The notes: generated by a model from the sequence alone, not told the origin. DNA of 64,000 bases from Candidatus Geocrenenecus dongiae (GCA_023267855.1 JALNLN010000001.1:23620-87619), one strand, 5' to 3'; counted from the stretch's first letter, positions 19,433 through 28,598 are shown. Numbers and translations: made by a program.

Positions 19433-20464
19433 ATGATCCGTATCGGTGTTTTAACAGGTGGTGGTGATTGTCCAGGTCTTAATGCTGTAATTTACGGTGT
19501 TGTCGTGAGAGCTTGCCAATATGGTTTTGAGGTTTGGGGTATTGAAGATGGTTATAAAGGTCTTCTCTCAGGGAAGGTTAGACGATTAAGGAAGGAAGAC
19601 GTCAAAGATATTTACTGGCTTGGAGGTACAGTTTTAGGTACTTCTAGAAAGAATCCTGCTAAGTCTGAAGATGAGCTTAGGACTGCTGTAGAGAATGTTA
19701 AGAAGCTTGGTTTAGATGTTTTGATAACTATTGGTGGTGATGACACTCTCGGTGCCGCCAGGAAACTTTATGAGAGAGGTGTTCCTGTAATCGGTGTACC
19801 GAAGACTATAGATAATGATCTACCTGGTACAGATTACTCTATAGGTTTCTGGACATCTGTCCAGACTATTACAGATGCCTTAGATAAACTTCACACTACT
19901 GCTAGATCCCATAAGAGAGTTATGATAGTCGAGATTATGGGTAGGTATGCTGGGTGGCTTACTCTCATGGGCGGTCTTGCGGGTGGAGCACACATAATTC
20001 TAATACCTGAGAAACCTGTAGATATAGACGAGGTTTGCAGAATAGTTAAAGAACGTAAAGAGAGAGGTGAGCCATACTCTCTGATAGCTGTTGCTGAAGG
20101 TGTTACCATACCTACAACAGGAGATCTTGTAGCAGTATCTGCAGAGAAAGATGAATTTGGACATGTTAGGCTAGGTGGTGTTTCGAAGATATTAGAAGAA
20201 GAGATCAGTAAAAAGACAGGTATGGAAGTTAGATCCGTCATACTTGGACACTTACAGAGAGGTGGAATACCTTCAGCATATGATAGAGTTCTAGGCATAC
20301 GACTTGGATGTAAGGCGGTAGATCTTGTAAAAGAAGGAAAATTCGGTTATGCAGTAGTTGTAAAAGGGATTGAGATAGAGTCTGTCAAGATAGATGAAAT
20401 AGTGAGTGGATTAAGAAGAGTTCCCGAAGAACTTCATGAATATACAAATATTTTCACACTATAA
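19433..20464 (+). CDS. pfk: 6-phosphofructokinase, PFK-A family (ATP- or PPi-dependent)
   Basis: It has IGVLTGGGDCPGLNAVI, TIGGDDTL and a PKTIDNDL-like region, with MGR.AGWL. Confidence 0.85.
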   Translation: MIRIGVLTGGGDCPGLNAVIYGVVVRACQYGFEVWGIEDGYKGLLSGKVRRLRKEDVKDIYWLGGTVLGTSRKNPAKSEDELRTAVENVKKLGLDVLITIGGDDTLGAARKLYERGVPVIGVPKTIDNDLPGTDYSIGFWTSVQTITDALDKLHTTARSHKRVMIVEIMGRYAGWLTLMGGLAGGAHIILIPEKPVDIDEVCRIVKERKERGEPYSLIAVAEGVTIPTTGDLVAVSAEKDEFGHVRLGGVSKILEEEISKKTGMEVRSVILGHLQRGGIPSAYDRVLGIRLGCKAVDLVKEGKFGYAVVVKGIEIESVKIDEIVSGLRRVPEELHEYTNIFTL

Positions 20465-20521
20465 TCAAGATTAAAGCTGAAAGAAGTTTTCTCATTAAGA
20501 ATAATTGTGATGGTGTTCTAC

Positions 20522-21697
20522 TCAGTAGTACTTTATATTCCTCTTCTTTATATAATCATATACTTTCTTAGCAGTCTTCTCCATGCCAAATGCTTTAATG
20601 TGTAGCAGTGTATCAGCATATGCTTTAGCTCTTATCGCTTCTCTCGTTTCATCACTTATCTTCTCAAGATCTTGGAAGAATTCTTTTATAGCATACTTAC
20701 AATTCTCTACAAATATCTCAGCTTCTGACACTCCTTCTCTACCATACTTTTCTAACGTCCATCTATATATTCTTCTGAAGAGTTCTGGTTCATATATTCT
20801 CAATATTTCAAATACCGTTAACATGTAGTATGTTGCAACGTTCCCTTTATTTATCATGCCTTTTGGAAATACTTCAGCTATTAGGTATAATGGTGTTCCA
20901 CTTACACCATGTTGAACTATTCTTGTTGGATAACCCTGACTCCATAATGCTTCAACTATTTCTACTGTTCTCTTCAAGTTTATTCCTAGTTGTGGAATTA
21001 TATTTCCCTGTGGGTCTACTGATACTCCATGTTTTGAACCGTTGTTTATTGCAAGCCAATGTATATCTATCCCGTTTTCCTTCATCGTTTTAATATAGTA
21101 TAATGCTTCTTCAACTTCTGTTAATTCACTTTTACCGATTTCACCTACTTCTCCTTCTCTTCCATAATTTCTACTGCCTATCTTTTCATCTATGTATCTA
21201 AATAACTCTACACCAACTTCTACAATTTTACTCAACTGTTCAGGTACAGTATCCTTACTCAAATCGAAAAGGTATGATGTATCAATTGCATAACTTGTAA
21301 ACCCTGCTTCAATTCTCGCATCTAGTTCTCTCTTCACATTTTCTATCTCTTCACTGGTTCCCTTCTTAACGACCACGTGATCCGCATGTAGAGTGTAGCC
21401 AAACCAATCTACATTCTCAGCTGCTTTCCTAACTCTTTCCGCAAAAGTTTTAGGAGTAAGACCTGTATACCCACCTTTAAGATTCATCTCGGATAACGCT
21501 AACTCTAAGATTACAACGTTCTCTGTATCTTTCGCTGCTTTAAGAACTCCTTCTACAACCTCGATAGTTAGTCTAGGATTAACTGCTAAAATAATCTCTC
21601 TAGGAGGAGTTAACGCTTCAAATAATATATTCCCAGGTATCGGATCTCTAAATTCTTCAAAGAAAGAAATATATTCAGGTTTCATACTATGCTCCAT
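20522..21697 (-). CDS. Class II (metal-dependent) ketose-bisphosphate aldolase-like protein (FbaA/GatY/GatZ-like); the assignment is tentative
   Basis: VVILELALSEMNLKGGYTG and a TLHADHV region resemble the class II FBA PF01116 pattern (..ILQ.S...., ..LHLDHG). Its 391 aa is longer than canonical FbaA. It sits convergent to pfk. Confidence 0.4.
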   Translation of the reverse strand: MEHSMKPEYISFFEEFRDPIPGNILFEALTPPREIILAVNPRLTIEVVEGVLKAAKDTENVVILELALSEMNLKGGYTGLTPKTFAERVRKAAENVDWFGYTLHADHVVVKKGTSEEIENVKRELDARIEAGFTSYAIDTSYLFDLSKDTVPEQLSKIVEVGVELFRYIDEKIGSRNYGREGEVGEIGKSELTEVEEALYYIKTMKENGIDIHWLAINNGSKHGVSVDPQGNIIPQLGINLKRTVEIVEALWSQGYPTRIVQHGVSGTPLYLIAEVFPKGMINKGNVATYYMLTVFEILRIYEPELFRRIYRWTLEKYGREGVSEAEIFVENCKYAIKEFFQDLEKISDETREAIRAKAYADTLLHIKAFGMEKTAKKVYDYIKKRNIKYY

Positions 21698-21987
21698 ACT
21701 TTATACATTTATGCATAAGAAAAATATAAATATTCATTTCTCTCAAAAACATAAGTTAAACTGTTTTTCAAAAAGATGAGAATACTCTTAGTTACATTGA
21801 GATAGGAGAAAATATTATCTGAGTAAATCTCAGACCAACCACTTCCAGAACTCTTCTAACAACATGCACCTTCAACCCAGAGAAGGATCGCCAGGAAGTA
21901 AAATCATAATCTAAGAATATGTTATAAATAGAAAACGTAACAATGAAAAGAAACCGTATTTAAGAAAAATAGATTTGAAGAGTTTAT

Positions 21988-22059
21988 TGGACCGGGCGGG
22001 ATTTGAACCCGCGACCTCCCGCGTGCAAGGCGGGCGATCTCCCACTGATCTACCGGCCC
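21988..22059 (-). tRNA. tRNA-Ala (anticodon UGC)
   Basis: The reverse complement GGGCCGGUAGAUCAGUGGGAGAUCGCCCGCCUUGCACGCGGGAGGUCGCGGGUUCAAAUCCCGCCCGGUCCA folds as a cloverleaf with the G3:U70 Ala identity pair and discriminator A73. The anticodon loop is CUUGCAC. Confidence 0.9.
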
Positions 22060-22524
22060 ACGATAATAATTGTTTAATAAGCTGTATTTAGCTATTTGAC
22101 TTATTTCTTCCTGGCTGATTGTTCCCTATAGAGTTGCCGGTAGGGGGAGCTTCTTTCCAGTATCTTGTCGAGTGCTTCATCTAAAGTCTTCTTTAGTTAG
22201 AACTAAGACTTAAACTCGAGAAATTATTTTTAGAACTCGGTCTGTTGTTGCAATTAAATATTCAAATCCGAATCCTTATGTTACTGTCGTAGTAACAGTT
22301 CTCATCGAACTCGAGTAGTTTTATAACTTCTAAACTATTTCTTAGTTGTTTTACAGCTTGTTACAAAAACTTTTCTTCGCTAGTGGTTGTTTTGATAAAG
22401 ATTGTAGGTGGAGTAGATGTTCTAGTAGTTGTCATGGTCTCTGTAGTTGCATTCATTTTAGTTTTTCAGGAAATAAAAAGAAAAGTAGTACATACTGATT
22501 TTATGTGTTCAGAGTATTGTTTAT

Positions 22525-22547
22525 ATATTGGATGGAGGATCCATCCA
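22525..22547. promoter_or_regulatory. Putative operator palindrome ATATTGGATGGA-GGA-TCCATCCA between a TATA-like box (TTTATATA) and the ATG of the ABC ATPase gene
   Basis: Inverted repeat arms TGGATGGA (22529-22536) and TCCATCCA (22540-22547) flank a 3-nt spacer. The left 12 nt are identical to the second copy at 59201-59212. A TTTATATA box lies immediately upstream and the ATG at 22551 is 3 nt downstream. Confidence 0.4.
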
Positions 22548-22550
22548 TAG

Positions 22551-23327
22551 ATGATCAAAGTTCGGGGTTTGAGTTTTAGTTATGGGGATGTTAAGGTTTT
22601 AGAAGATATTTCTTTCGAGGTTGATTATGGTGAGTTTGTGGGTGTTATTGGTCCGAACGGTTCTGGTAAGACTACTTTATTGAAGTGTCTCTGTAGGCTT
22701 CTTAAACCTTTAGGTGTAGTCTACTTGGATGGTGAGAAGATTTCTGAGATGACTCATGATAAGCTTGCTAGACTTCTCTCATATATTTCTTCTGAAAATG
22801 ATTCTTCAGTAAATAGTATGAGTGTCTTCGATATAGTTTCAACTGGTAGAACACCTTACATGAAGAAGTTTTGGTGGGAGAGTGTTGAAGATGAAGAAAT
22901 AATTTTCAAGTCTATTGAAATTGTAGGACTAAAAGATCTATACAAGAAACGTGTGGGAGAGTTGAGTAGTGGAGAAAAACAGATGGTTAAGATAGCTAGA
23001 GCTCTCTCTCAGTCTCCCAAAATATTCCTCGTAGATGAGCCTACCGTACATCTTGATCTAAAACACCAATTAGAAGTAATGAACATCTTAAAGAACTTAA
23101 CTGTTAGAGAAGGTAAGATAGTTATTGCCGTCCTACATGATCTAAACTTAGCATCCATATACGCTGACAAAATACTAGTACTAAATAATGGTAGGATAAT
23201 CGCGCAGGGAAAACCATATGAAGTCTTAAGAGAAGAACTCTTAGGAAGAGTTTATGGAGTTAAGGTAAGAGTAATTGTTGATTCTGAGTTTGAACAGCCC
23301 ATCATAATACCGTATCTGGGAAGATAG
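22551..23327 (+). CDS. ABC transporter ATP-binding protein, iron-complex/cobalamin type (FepC/BtuD/FhuC-like)
   Basis: Walker A GPNGSGKTTLL, signature LSSGEKQMVKIARAL, Walker B IFLVDEP and an H-loop LHDL are present. There is a single NBD (258 aa). No cognate permease or binding protein lies adjacent. Confidence 0.85.
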   Translation: MIKVRGLSFSYGDVKVLEDISFEVDYGEFVGVIGPNGSGKTTLLKCLCRLLKPLGVVYLDGEKISEMTHDKLARLLSYISSENDSSVNSMSVFDIVSTGRTPYMKKFWWESVEDEEIIFKSIEIVGLKDLYKKRVGELSSGEKQMVKIARALSQSPKIFLVDEPTVHLDLKHQLEVMNILKNLTVREGKIVIAVLHDLNLASIYADKILVLNNGRIIAQGKPYEVLREELLGRVYGVKVRVIVDSEFEQPIIIPYLGR

Positions 23328-23345
23328 TTCTCTAGATCTATCATC

Positions 23346-24701
23346 TTACCCACTACTTTCTTTCACATTTTCTACTTCTATTACAGCTAACTGTATTTTC
23401 AGTGGTTTATTGTTTATTGCTTCAGCAATGTTTGGTTTCGTTCTTCCATTATCACCATCTATCAGCTCTTTCACATATAACCCGCCTTGAGCTTTAATCT
23501 TAAATTTTACAATCTTTTCAGATAACCTTTCAACTTCAACATAGTATAGCTTCTTCTTTCTAAGTTTATCAGAACGTCTCTTCAGAACTCTAGTTGGAGT
23601 CCATTGATCTATAATTATGTCTCTAAATTTTTCTCGTATTGATGCTAGATCTTCTTCCTTCACATCTCTCTCAAATTCTACTATGGCCTCATATGTCTTG
23701 GAGGCTATTGGCGATGAACTTTTAAGTATTCTTAGTTCACGCCTACTTGAATATTCTAATCCTGAAACTTCTATCTTACCAGCTGCTTCAAGATTGATCT
23801 TTTCTTCTAGTTTCTTTAAATCTACGTTCCTTTTACGTGGATGTTTTAATTCTAGTACGAATGGTCTACCTGTTCCTAGAACAATAGCATCTACATCTTC
23901 TCTACCAGCTCCGTGAAATTTGTAGCTTAGAGCTTCAAATACTTCTACTGAAATATTTCCTATAAGCTCACTTATAGATTCAGGATATTCTCTACCGGTA
24001 AAGTTGCATTTTTGGCATCCTCTCCCCCAGCAGTTTCTACAGATCCATGGCGTTTGTGGAAGATCTCTTACAAGTTTCCTGTATCTACCTTTAATAAATA
24101 CGGGGTTTACTATTAATTCATAAGAATCTGTATTTAGATCTACGATTACAACTATATCCGGTGTAGAGTATTCTACTTTTTTGCCAGTTTCTTTTACGAG
24201 AAATCTACCAATCACACGGGTTACATCTTCTTTTATATCTTCTCCAGTAGTTAGCATATATTCTGATCGTATTGAGTCTTCTCTCTCTCTAACATCGGTA
24301 GGAACTCTAGCACCAACCAAGAAATTGTTAAATTCATATTCTTCTAGATCTTTAAGTATTTTTACTGAAAGTTCTCTTAACTTGTCTCTATTTAGGATTC
24401 CTCTACAGATATAACATAGTTCTTTCTGGGGGATTTCATATTTTTGCATTTCGAGGAATTGTACGGCTGGCTGGAATCCCGTAGCTGCTAAACATTTCAT
24501 TAATTTTAAGGCTTCTTCTATATACCCTATCTTGAAGATACTGTGAGCATGCATGTAGAGTATGGTTTTCAGTATTCTGCCTTTCTCATCATTCGGTATC
24601 CCGGCACCTATCGATGCAAACTGTCTTCCCAGACAGTAATCGCATAAACAATACTTGCTGAGAATCTTCATACATAACTCTATTATTTCATATATGTTCA
24701 A
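23346..24701 (-). CDS. pus10: tRNA pseudouridine(54/55) synthase Pus10
   Basis: It has the N-terminal Zn motif LCDYCLGRQF and a second CxxC pair (CRNCWGRGCQKC). The catalytic region GREDVDAIVLGTGRPF matches the Pus10 GREDxD..MLG.GRPF motif. Confidence 0.8.
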   Translation of the reverse strand: MNIYEIIELCMKILSKYCLCDYCLGRQFASIGAGIPNDEKGRILKTILYMHAHSIFKIGYIEEALKLMKCLAATGFQPAVQFLEMQKYEIPQKELCYICRGILNRDKLRELSVKILKDLEEYEFNNFLVGARVPTDVREREDSIRSEYMLTTGEDIKEDVTRVIGRFLVKETGKKVEYSTPDIVVIVDLNTDSYELIVNPVFIKGRYRKLVRDLPQTPWICRNCWGRGCQKCNFTGREYPESISELIGNISVEVFEALSYKFHGAGREDVDAIVLGTGRPFVLELKHPRKRNVDLKKLEEKINLEAAGKIEVSGLEYSSRRELRILKSSSPIASKTYEAIVEFERDVKEEDLASIREKFRDIIIDQWTPTRVLKRRSDKLRKKKLYYVEVERLSEKIVKFKIKAQGGLYVKELIDGDNGRTKPNIAEAINNKPLKIQLAVIEVENVKESSG

Positions 24702-24720
24702 ATCACAACACCTCTATAAC

Positions 24721-26034
24721 TCATGTTGGTAGAAACTTTTTCGGAAGCCTCCTAGCCGTCTTCATAAACTTCTTCATCATTCTATACTGGTTAAGAAGAT
24801 TCTTTACGTCACGTTCACTAGTACCGGAACCTCTCGCAATTCTCTTAATTCTAGACGAATTCAATATGTGGGGGTTAGCTCTCTCTTCTGGTGTCATAGA
24901 GTTTAGTATCGCATCCCACTTCTCAATCTGTTTCTCAGCATTTCTTAAAACTTCTTCAGGAACATTTGGTAACCCTGGGATAGGTAGTCTAGATAGGAGT
25001 TTAGAGAAGGGGCCAGTCTTCCTAATTTCTCTTAATTGTTTAACAAATTGTTCTAATGTAAATTCGCCACGCATGAATGCTTCAGCTTGTTTTTCATCTA
25101 TTTCTAGTTCTGCTAACTTAAACTTCTCTATCAATCCCTTGATATCCCCCAAACCTAGAAGTCTGCCCACGTATCCAACTGGATCAAATAATTCTATTTC
25201 ATCTATTTTCTCTCCTGTTCCAATAAATTTTATCCTCGCTCTAGTTACAGCTATGGCTGATAATGCACCTCCACCTTTCGCAGAAGTATCTACTTTTGTT
25301 AAGAATATTGAGCCTATGGGTGCAGCTTTATGGAATGCTTCAGCATGTGCTCCGGCTTGTTGACCTATCCCAGCATCTATTACAAGCATAACTTCATCTG
25401 GCTTAATAGCTTCCTGGAGTTTCTTCATCTCTTCCATAAGAGTTTCCTGACTTTTATGTCTACCAGCTGTATCTATCAAGATAGTCTTAATGCCTTCAGA
25501 TGTAAACTTCTCTACACCTCTTTTCACAATTTCAACAACGTCTTCAATACCATCAGCCTTGAATACAGGTATACCTGTATCTTTCAATAATTGTTCGAGT
25601 TGAATGCTTGCTGCAGGTCTGTATGTGTCTGCACAGATTACACCAACCTTGTACCCATGTTTCTTCAAATAATATGCTAGCTTAGCTGTGCTCGTAGTTT
25701 TACCGAATCCTTGAATCCCAACCATCATTAGCACATATCTTCTATCTTTTGGTAGGTCTAGTCTAGCAGGTTCTTCACCAATAAGCTTAACAAGCTCATC
25801 GTAAAGAATCTTTAAGAGATGTTCTTTTTTCGACAACCCTGTCGGTATCTTCTCCTGGACAGCCCTCTTCCTAATATTTTCAGAAATCTTCTGTACAAGC
25901 TCTACACTTACATCTGAAATTAGTAATGAACGTTGAATATCTCTAATAAACTCATTTAACGTCTTCTCATCAACACTCGTCGAAGACATAAGCTTACTAA
26001 CAGCTTTCCTAAGTAGCTCACTGAGAGAAGTCAT
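24721..26034 (-). CDS. srp54: Signal recognition particle protein SRP54
   Basis: It has an NG domain with GIQGFGKTTSTAKLAYYLKKHGYKVGVICADTYRPAA, DTAGR, TKVD and a Met-rich M domain. The track ORF extends to 26184, but the conserved N-terminus (MTSLSELLRKAVSKL) begins at the Met at 26034. Confidence 0.9.
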   Translation of the reverse strand: MTSLSELLRKAVSKLMSSTSVDEKTLNEFIRDIQRSLLISDVSVELVQKISENIRKRAVQEKIPTGLSKKEHLLKILYDELVKLIGEEPARLDLPKDRRYVLMMVGIQGFGKTTSTAKLAYYLKKHGYKVGVICADTYRPAASIQLEQLLKDTGIPVFKADGIEDVVEIVKRGVEKFTSEGIKTILIDTAGRHKSQETLMEEMKKLQEAIKPDEVMLVIDAGIGQQAGAHAEAFHKAAPIGSIFLTKVDTSAKGGGALSAIAVTRARIKFIGTGEKIDEIELFDPVGYVGRLLGLGDIKGLIEKFKLAELEIDEKQAEAFMRGEFTLEQFVKQLREIRKTGPFSKLLSRLPIPGLPNVPEEVLRNAEKQIEKWDAILNSMTPEERANPHILNSSRIKRIARGSGTSERDVKNLLNQYRMMKKFMKTARRLPKKFLPT

Positions 26035-26272
26035 CCTAAAACATAACATACCTTCCTCTATTAATTCTTGTCGTAGAACACTCCTAAACCAAAGGAAAAC
26101 GCTAGTAACATAGGATAGAATAAAACCATACTCTACAAGTGGATGAAAAAGAACCCCAACCCAGAACACATAAAATAGATTCAATAAAAATTCTTTTGTG
26201 TAAACGGAAAATGAATATACTGGGATCCTGGATTCTAACTTTATATTTCAGCAATTACTAAAATAGAAAATA

Positions 26273-26345
26273 GGGCCGGTAGATCAGCTGGGAGATCGCC
26301 CGCTTGGCGTGCGGGAGGTCGCGGGTTCAAATCCCGCCCGGTCCA
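26273..26345 (+). tRNA. tRNA-Ala (anticodon GGC)
   Basis: GGGCCGGUAGAUCAGCUGGGAGAUCGCCCGCUUGGCGUGCGGGAGGUCGCGGGUUCAAAUCCCGCCCGGUCCA has G3:U70 and A73, with anticodon loop UUGGCGU. It is nearly identical to the tRNA-Ala(UGC) at 21988-22059 and lies in inverted orientation to it. Confidence 0.9.
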
Positions 26346-26586
26346 ATAACCCACTCTTTTCTGCATACCATTAAAGCTTTCTAATGGATAATTCATCAAA
26401 CTTTTTAGATGATGATTAAATTTGAAATGGTATGAGTTGATTCTTAAACCTTGACATCGATCTCCTTTCCAGAACTTAAGATACGTGGATCTCGTTTCTC
26501 TTTTAATCTTATATATGGAGTAGGATTATGAAGAGATGTAAGAGTTTATGTTAAGCTACCTTGCCGTAAGTTTTATTTTACTACAT

Positions 26587-27531
26587 TTATTCTAAGTTCT
26601 TGATTGCTGCGCCTAACGTACTTGGTTTCGTTATTATGCCTCTTGCTTCTACATTATTTTCTTCGAATTTACTGATTATTTCTTTGAGTAGGTTTTCTGC
26701 TTTTTCCGGGTATGTTATTGCGAAGACTGAGGGTCCCGCCCCACTTATACTGAATCCTAGTGCACCTGATTTTAATGCATGTTCTTTTATTTTGTGAAAG
26801 CTTGGTATCATGATGCTTCGAGCAGGTTCAACTACGTAGTCTCTGCTAATTGCTTCTCCCATCATTTCTAGATCTCCTCTCATTATACCTATTATTAGAC
26901 GTGCCAAGCTTGCTTGCTGTTTCGTCATTAATTCTAAGCTCACATTCTTTGGGAGAAGACTTCTAGCATACTCAGTCTTATTCTTTGGAAGATAGACTTT
27001 CGGTGTAACTAAGACTATAGAGAAGTCTACTGAAGGTTTTATGTTAAAGATTACTGGTTTCTCTACATCCAGTATCATCGTGAATCCACCATAAAGAGCC
27101 GGAGCAACATTATCTAGATGAGGTGAACCACATGCAGCTCTCTCTCCTTCTGCTGCAAGTTTAACTAATAGCTCCATCGGAAGTTTTCCTCCTAGAATTG
27201 TGTTCATGGCGTAGGCTGCTGCGGCTGAAGAAGCTCCAGAACTTCCAAGCCCTATGCCTACTGGAACATTCTTGGTTAAATTCATTCTAAACCCTCTTCT
27301 CACACCTAAATACTCCATGACTTTTAATGCTGAAACTACTGCTGAATTCTTCTCTGGTTCTTCTGATATTTCTACGCCTGTATTATTTACTAGCTCGAAT
27401 TCTATCTTATTATCTTCTCTCAGCTCTAATCTAACTATATCTCTAAATCCTTCTATGGCTAGACCAACTATATCAAACCCTGGTCCTAGATTTGCAATTG
27501 TGGCTGGAGCAGATACTTCCACCACTCTCAT
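26587..27531 (-). CDS. thrB: Homoserine kinase (GHMP kinase)
   Basis: The N-terminus SAPATIANLGPGFD and GHMP motif II PVGIGLGSSGASSAAAA are present, and the 314 aa length fits. Confidence 0.8.
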   Translation of the reverse strand: MRVVEVSAPATIANLGPGFDIVGLAIEGFRDIVRLELREDNKIEFELVNNTGVEISEEPEKNSAVVSALKVMEYLGVRRGFRMNLTKNVPVGIGLGSSGASSAAAAYAMNTILGGKLPMELLVKLAAEGERAACGSPHLDNVAPALYGGFTMILDVEKPVIFNIKPSVDFSIVLVTPKVYLPKNKTEYARSLLPKNVSLELMTKQQASLARLIIGIMRGDLEMMGEAISRDYVVEPARSIMIPSFHKIKEHALKSGALGFSISGAGPSVFAITYPEKAENLLKEIISKFEENNVEARGIITKPSTLGAAIKNLE

Positions 27532-27569
27532 ATCTTATAAGATAATTCTTAAATTGGTTTCTGATAAAG

Positions 27570-28598
27570 ATGTTCATCTCTACCGATATAGACGATAAGT
27601 TTAATAGTCTTCCAAGTTTCTTGTTCTCTGTGAGTAACGTTGATTATGATGTAGTGGTTGTAGGAGCTGGGATAGCGGGACTTACAGCAGCAATATATGC
27701 TTCTAGACAGAAGCTTAGAACATTGATAATAGCTAAAGATATTGGTGGACAATTAAATATAACACCAGCTATAGAGAACTATCCAGGATTCAAGGTTGTA
27801 TCGGGTAGTGAATTGATACAGAGAATTTACGATCAAGTTCAAGCTTTAGGAGTTGAGATACTCTTCGATGAAGTAGTAGGTATAGAAGATTCAGAAGGCA
27901 TCTTCCTAGTTAAGACTAAAGATGGATACGAGTTTACTTCAGAAACAGTTATACTAGCATTTGGAAAAACTCCTAGAGAAATGAATGTTCCAGGTGAGAG
28001 AGAGCTTAAAGGTAGAGGTGTAAGCTACTGTGCAATATGTGATGCACCTCTTTTCCAGAATAAACGTGTAGCAGTCGTTGGTTGGGGGCCACAAGCATTT
28101 GAAGCAGTCTCACTCTTATGCAGATACAACAACTATGTATACCTAATTCATAGAGGCAGAAGTAAACTAGAATTAGAGAAAATACCAGAGAAATGTAGAG
28201 AAAGATTTGAAGAATATCCTGAAACAATTGTAAGAGAAGTTAGAGGCGATGCTAAAATTAGATCTATAGTTTTGGAAAGTTTAGAAAATGGGAAGATCTG
28301 GGAGCTTGAGGTCGATGGCGTATTTGTAGAACTTGGGTATGAAATGAAGACAGAGTGGTTGAGAGGTTTTGTAGAGCTGAGTAGAGAGGGAGAGATAATT
28401 GTAGATATGCTTGGAAGAACGAGTAGAGAAGGAGTATTCGCAGCCGGAGATGTAACAAACATACCATACAAACAAGCAGTAATCTCTGCAGGGCAGGGAG
28501 CAATAGCTGCACTCTCAGCATACAACTATATACAGGAAAAGAAAGGAGGCGCAAAGATAAAATCAGATTGGAGGGAAATATTCAGGAAAGATGTATAA
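27570..28598 (+). CDS. trxB: Thioredoxin reductase-like FAD/NAD(P)-dependent disulfide oxidoreductase
   Basis: It has an FAD motif DVVVVGAGIAGLTAA, a redox-active CAICD (CxxC) region and a second Rossmann fold (VAVVGWG). The true start may be an internal TTG/GTG near 27622-27634, because the first 20 residues are atypical. Confidence 0.8.
   Translation: MFISTDIDDKFNSLPSFLFSVSNVDYDVVVVGAGIAGLTAAIYASRQKLRTLIIAKDIGGQLNITPAIENYPGFKVVSGSELIQRIYDQVQALGVEILFDEVVGIEDSEGIFLVKTKDGYEFTSETVILAFGKTPREMNVPGERELKGRGVSYCAICDAPLFQNKRVAVVGWGPQAFEAVSLLCRYNNYVYLIHRGRSKLELEKIPEKCRERFEEYPETIVREVRGDAKIRSIVLESLENGKIWELEVDGVFVELGYEMKTEWLRGFVELSREGEIIVDMLGRTSREGVFAAGDVTNIPYKQAVISAGQGAIAALSAYNYIQEKKGGAKIKSDWREIFRKDV

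Noticed and set aside
22060-22550. SRP (7S) RNA or RNase P RNA hidden in the ORF-free spacer near srp54
   Set aside because: The spacer is strongly AT-rich, whereas the tRNAs in this window are GC-rich as expected for structured RNAs of this organism. No SRP helix-8-like GC-rich motifs are visible.
21988-26345. Integrated mobile element between the two tRNA-Ala genes
   Set aside because: The content is housekeeping (srp54, pus10, ABC ATPase). There is no integrase, no direct-repeat attachment site, and the tRNA copies are inverted rather than direct.
26400-26470. Possible box C/D sRNA: AGATGATGA at about 26407-26415, followed by UGAG/UUGA elements, in the 240-bp spacer after tRNA-Ala(GGC)
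   Set aside because: There are no convincing CUGA D or D' boxes and no terminal stem pairing the ends. In this AT-rich genome a lone RUGAUGA is expected by chance.
27532-27640. Only 38 bp between divergent thrB and trxB starts as given in the track
   Set aside because: This is not a real anomaly. The trxB start is probably an internal TTG or GTG at about 27622-27634, which restores about 90 bp for divergent promoters. It is recorded as start uncertainty in the feature instead.
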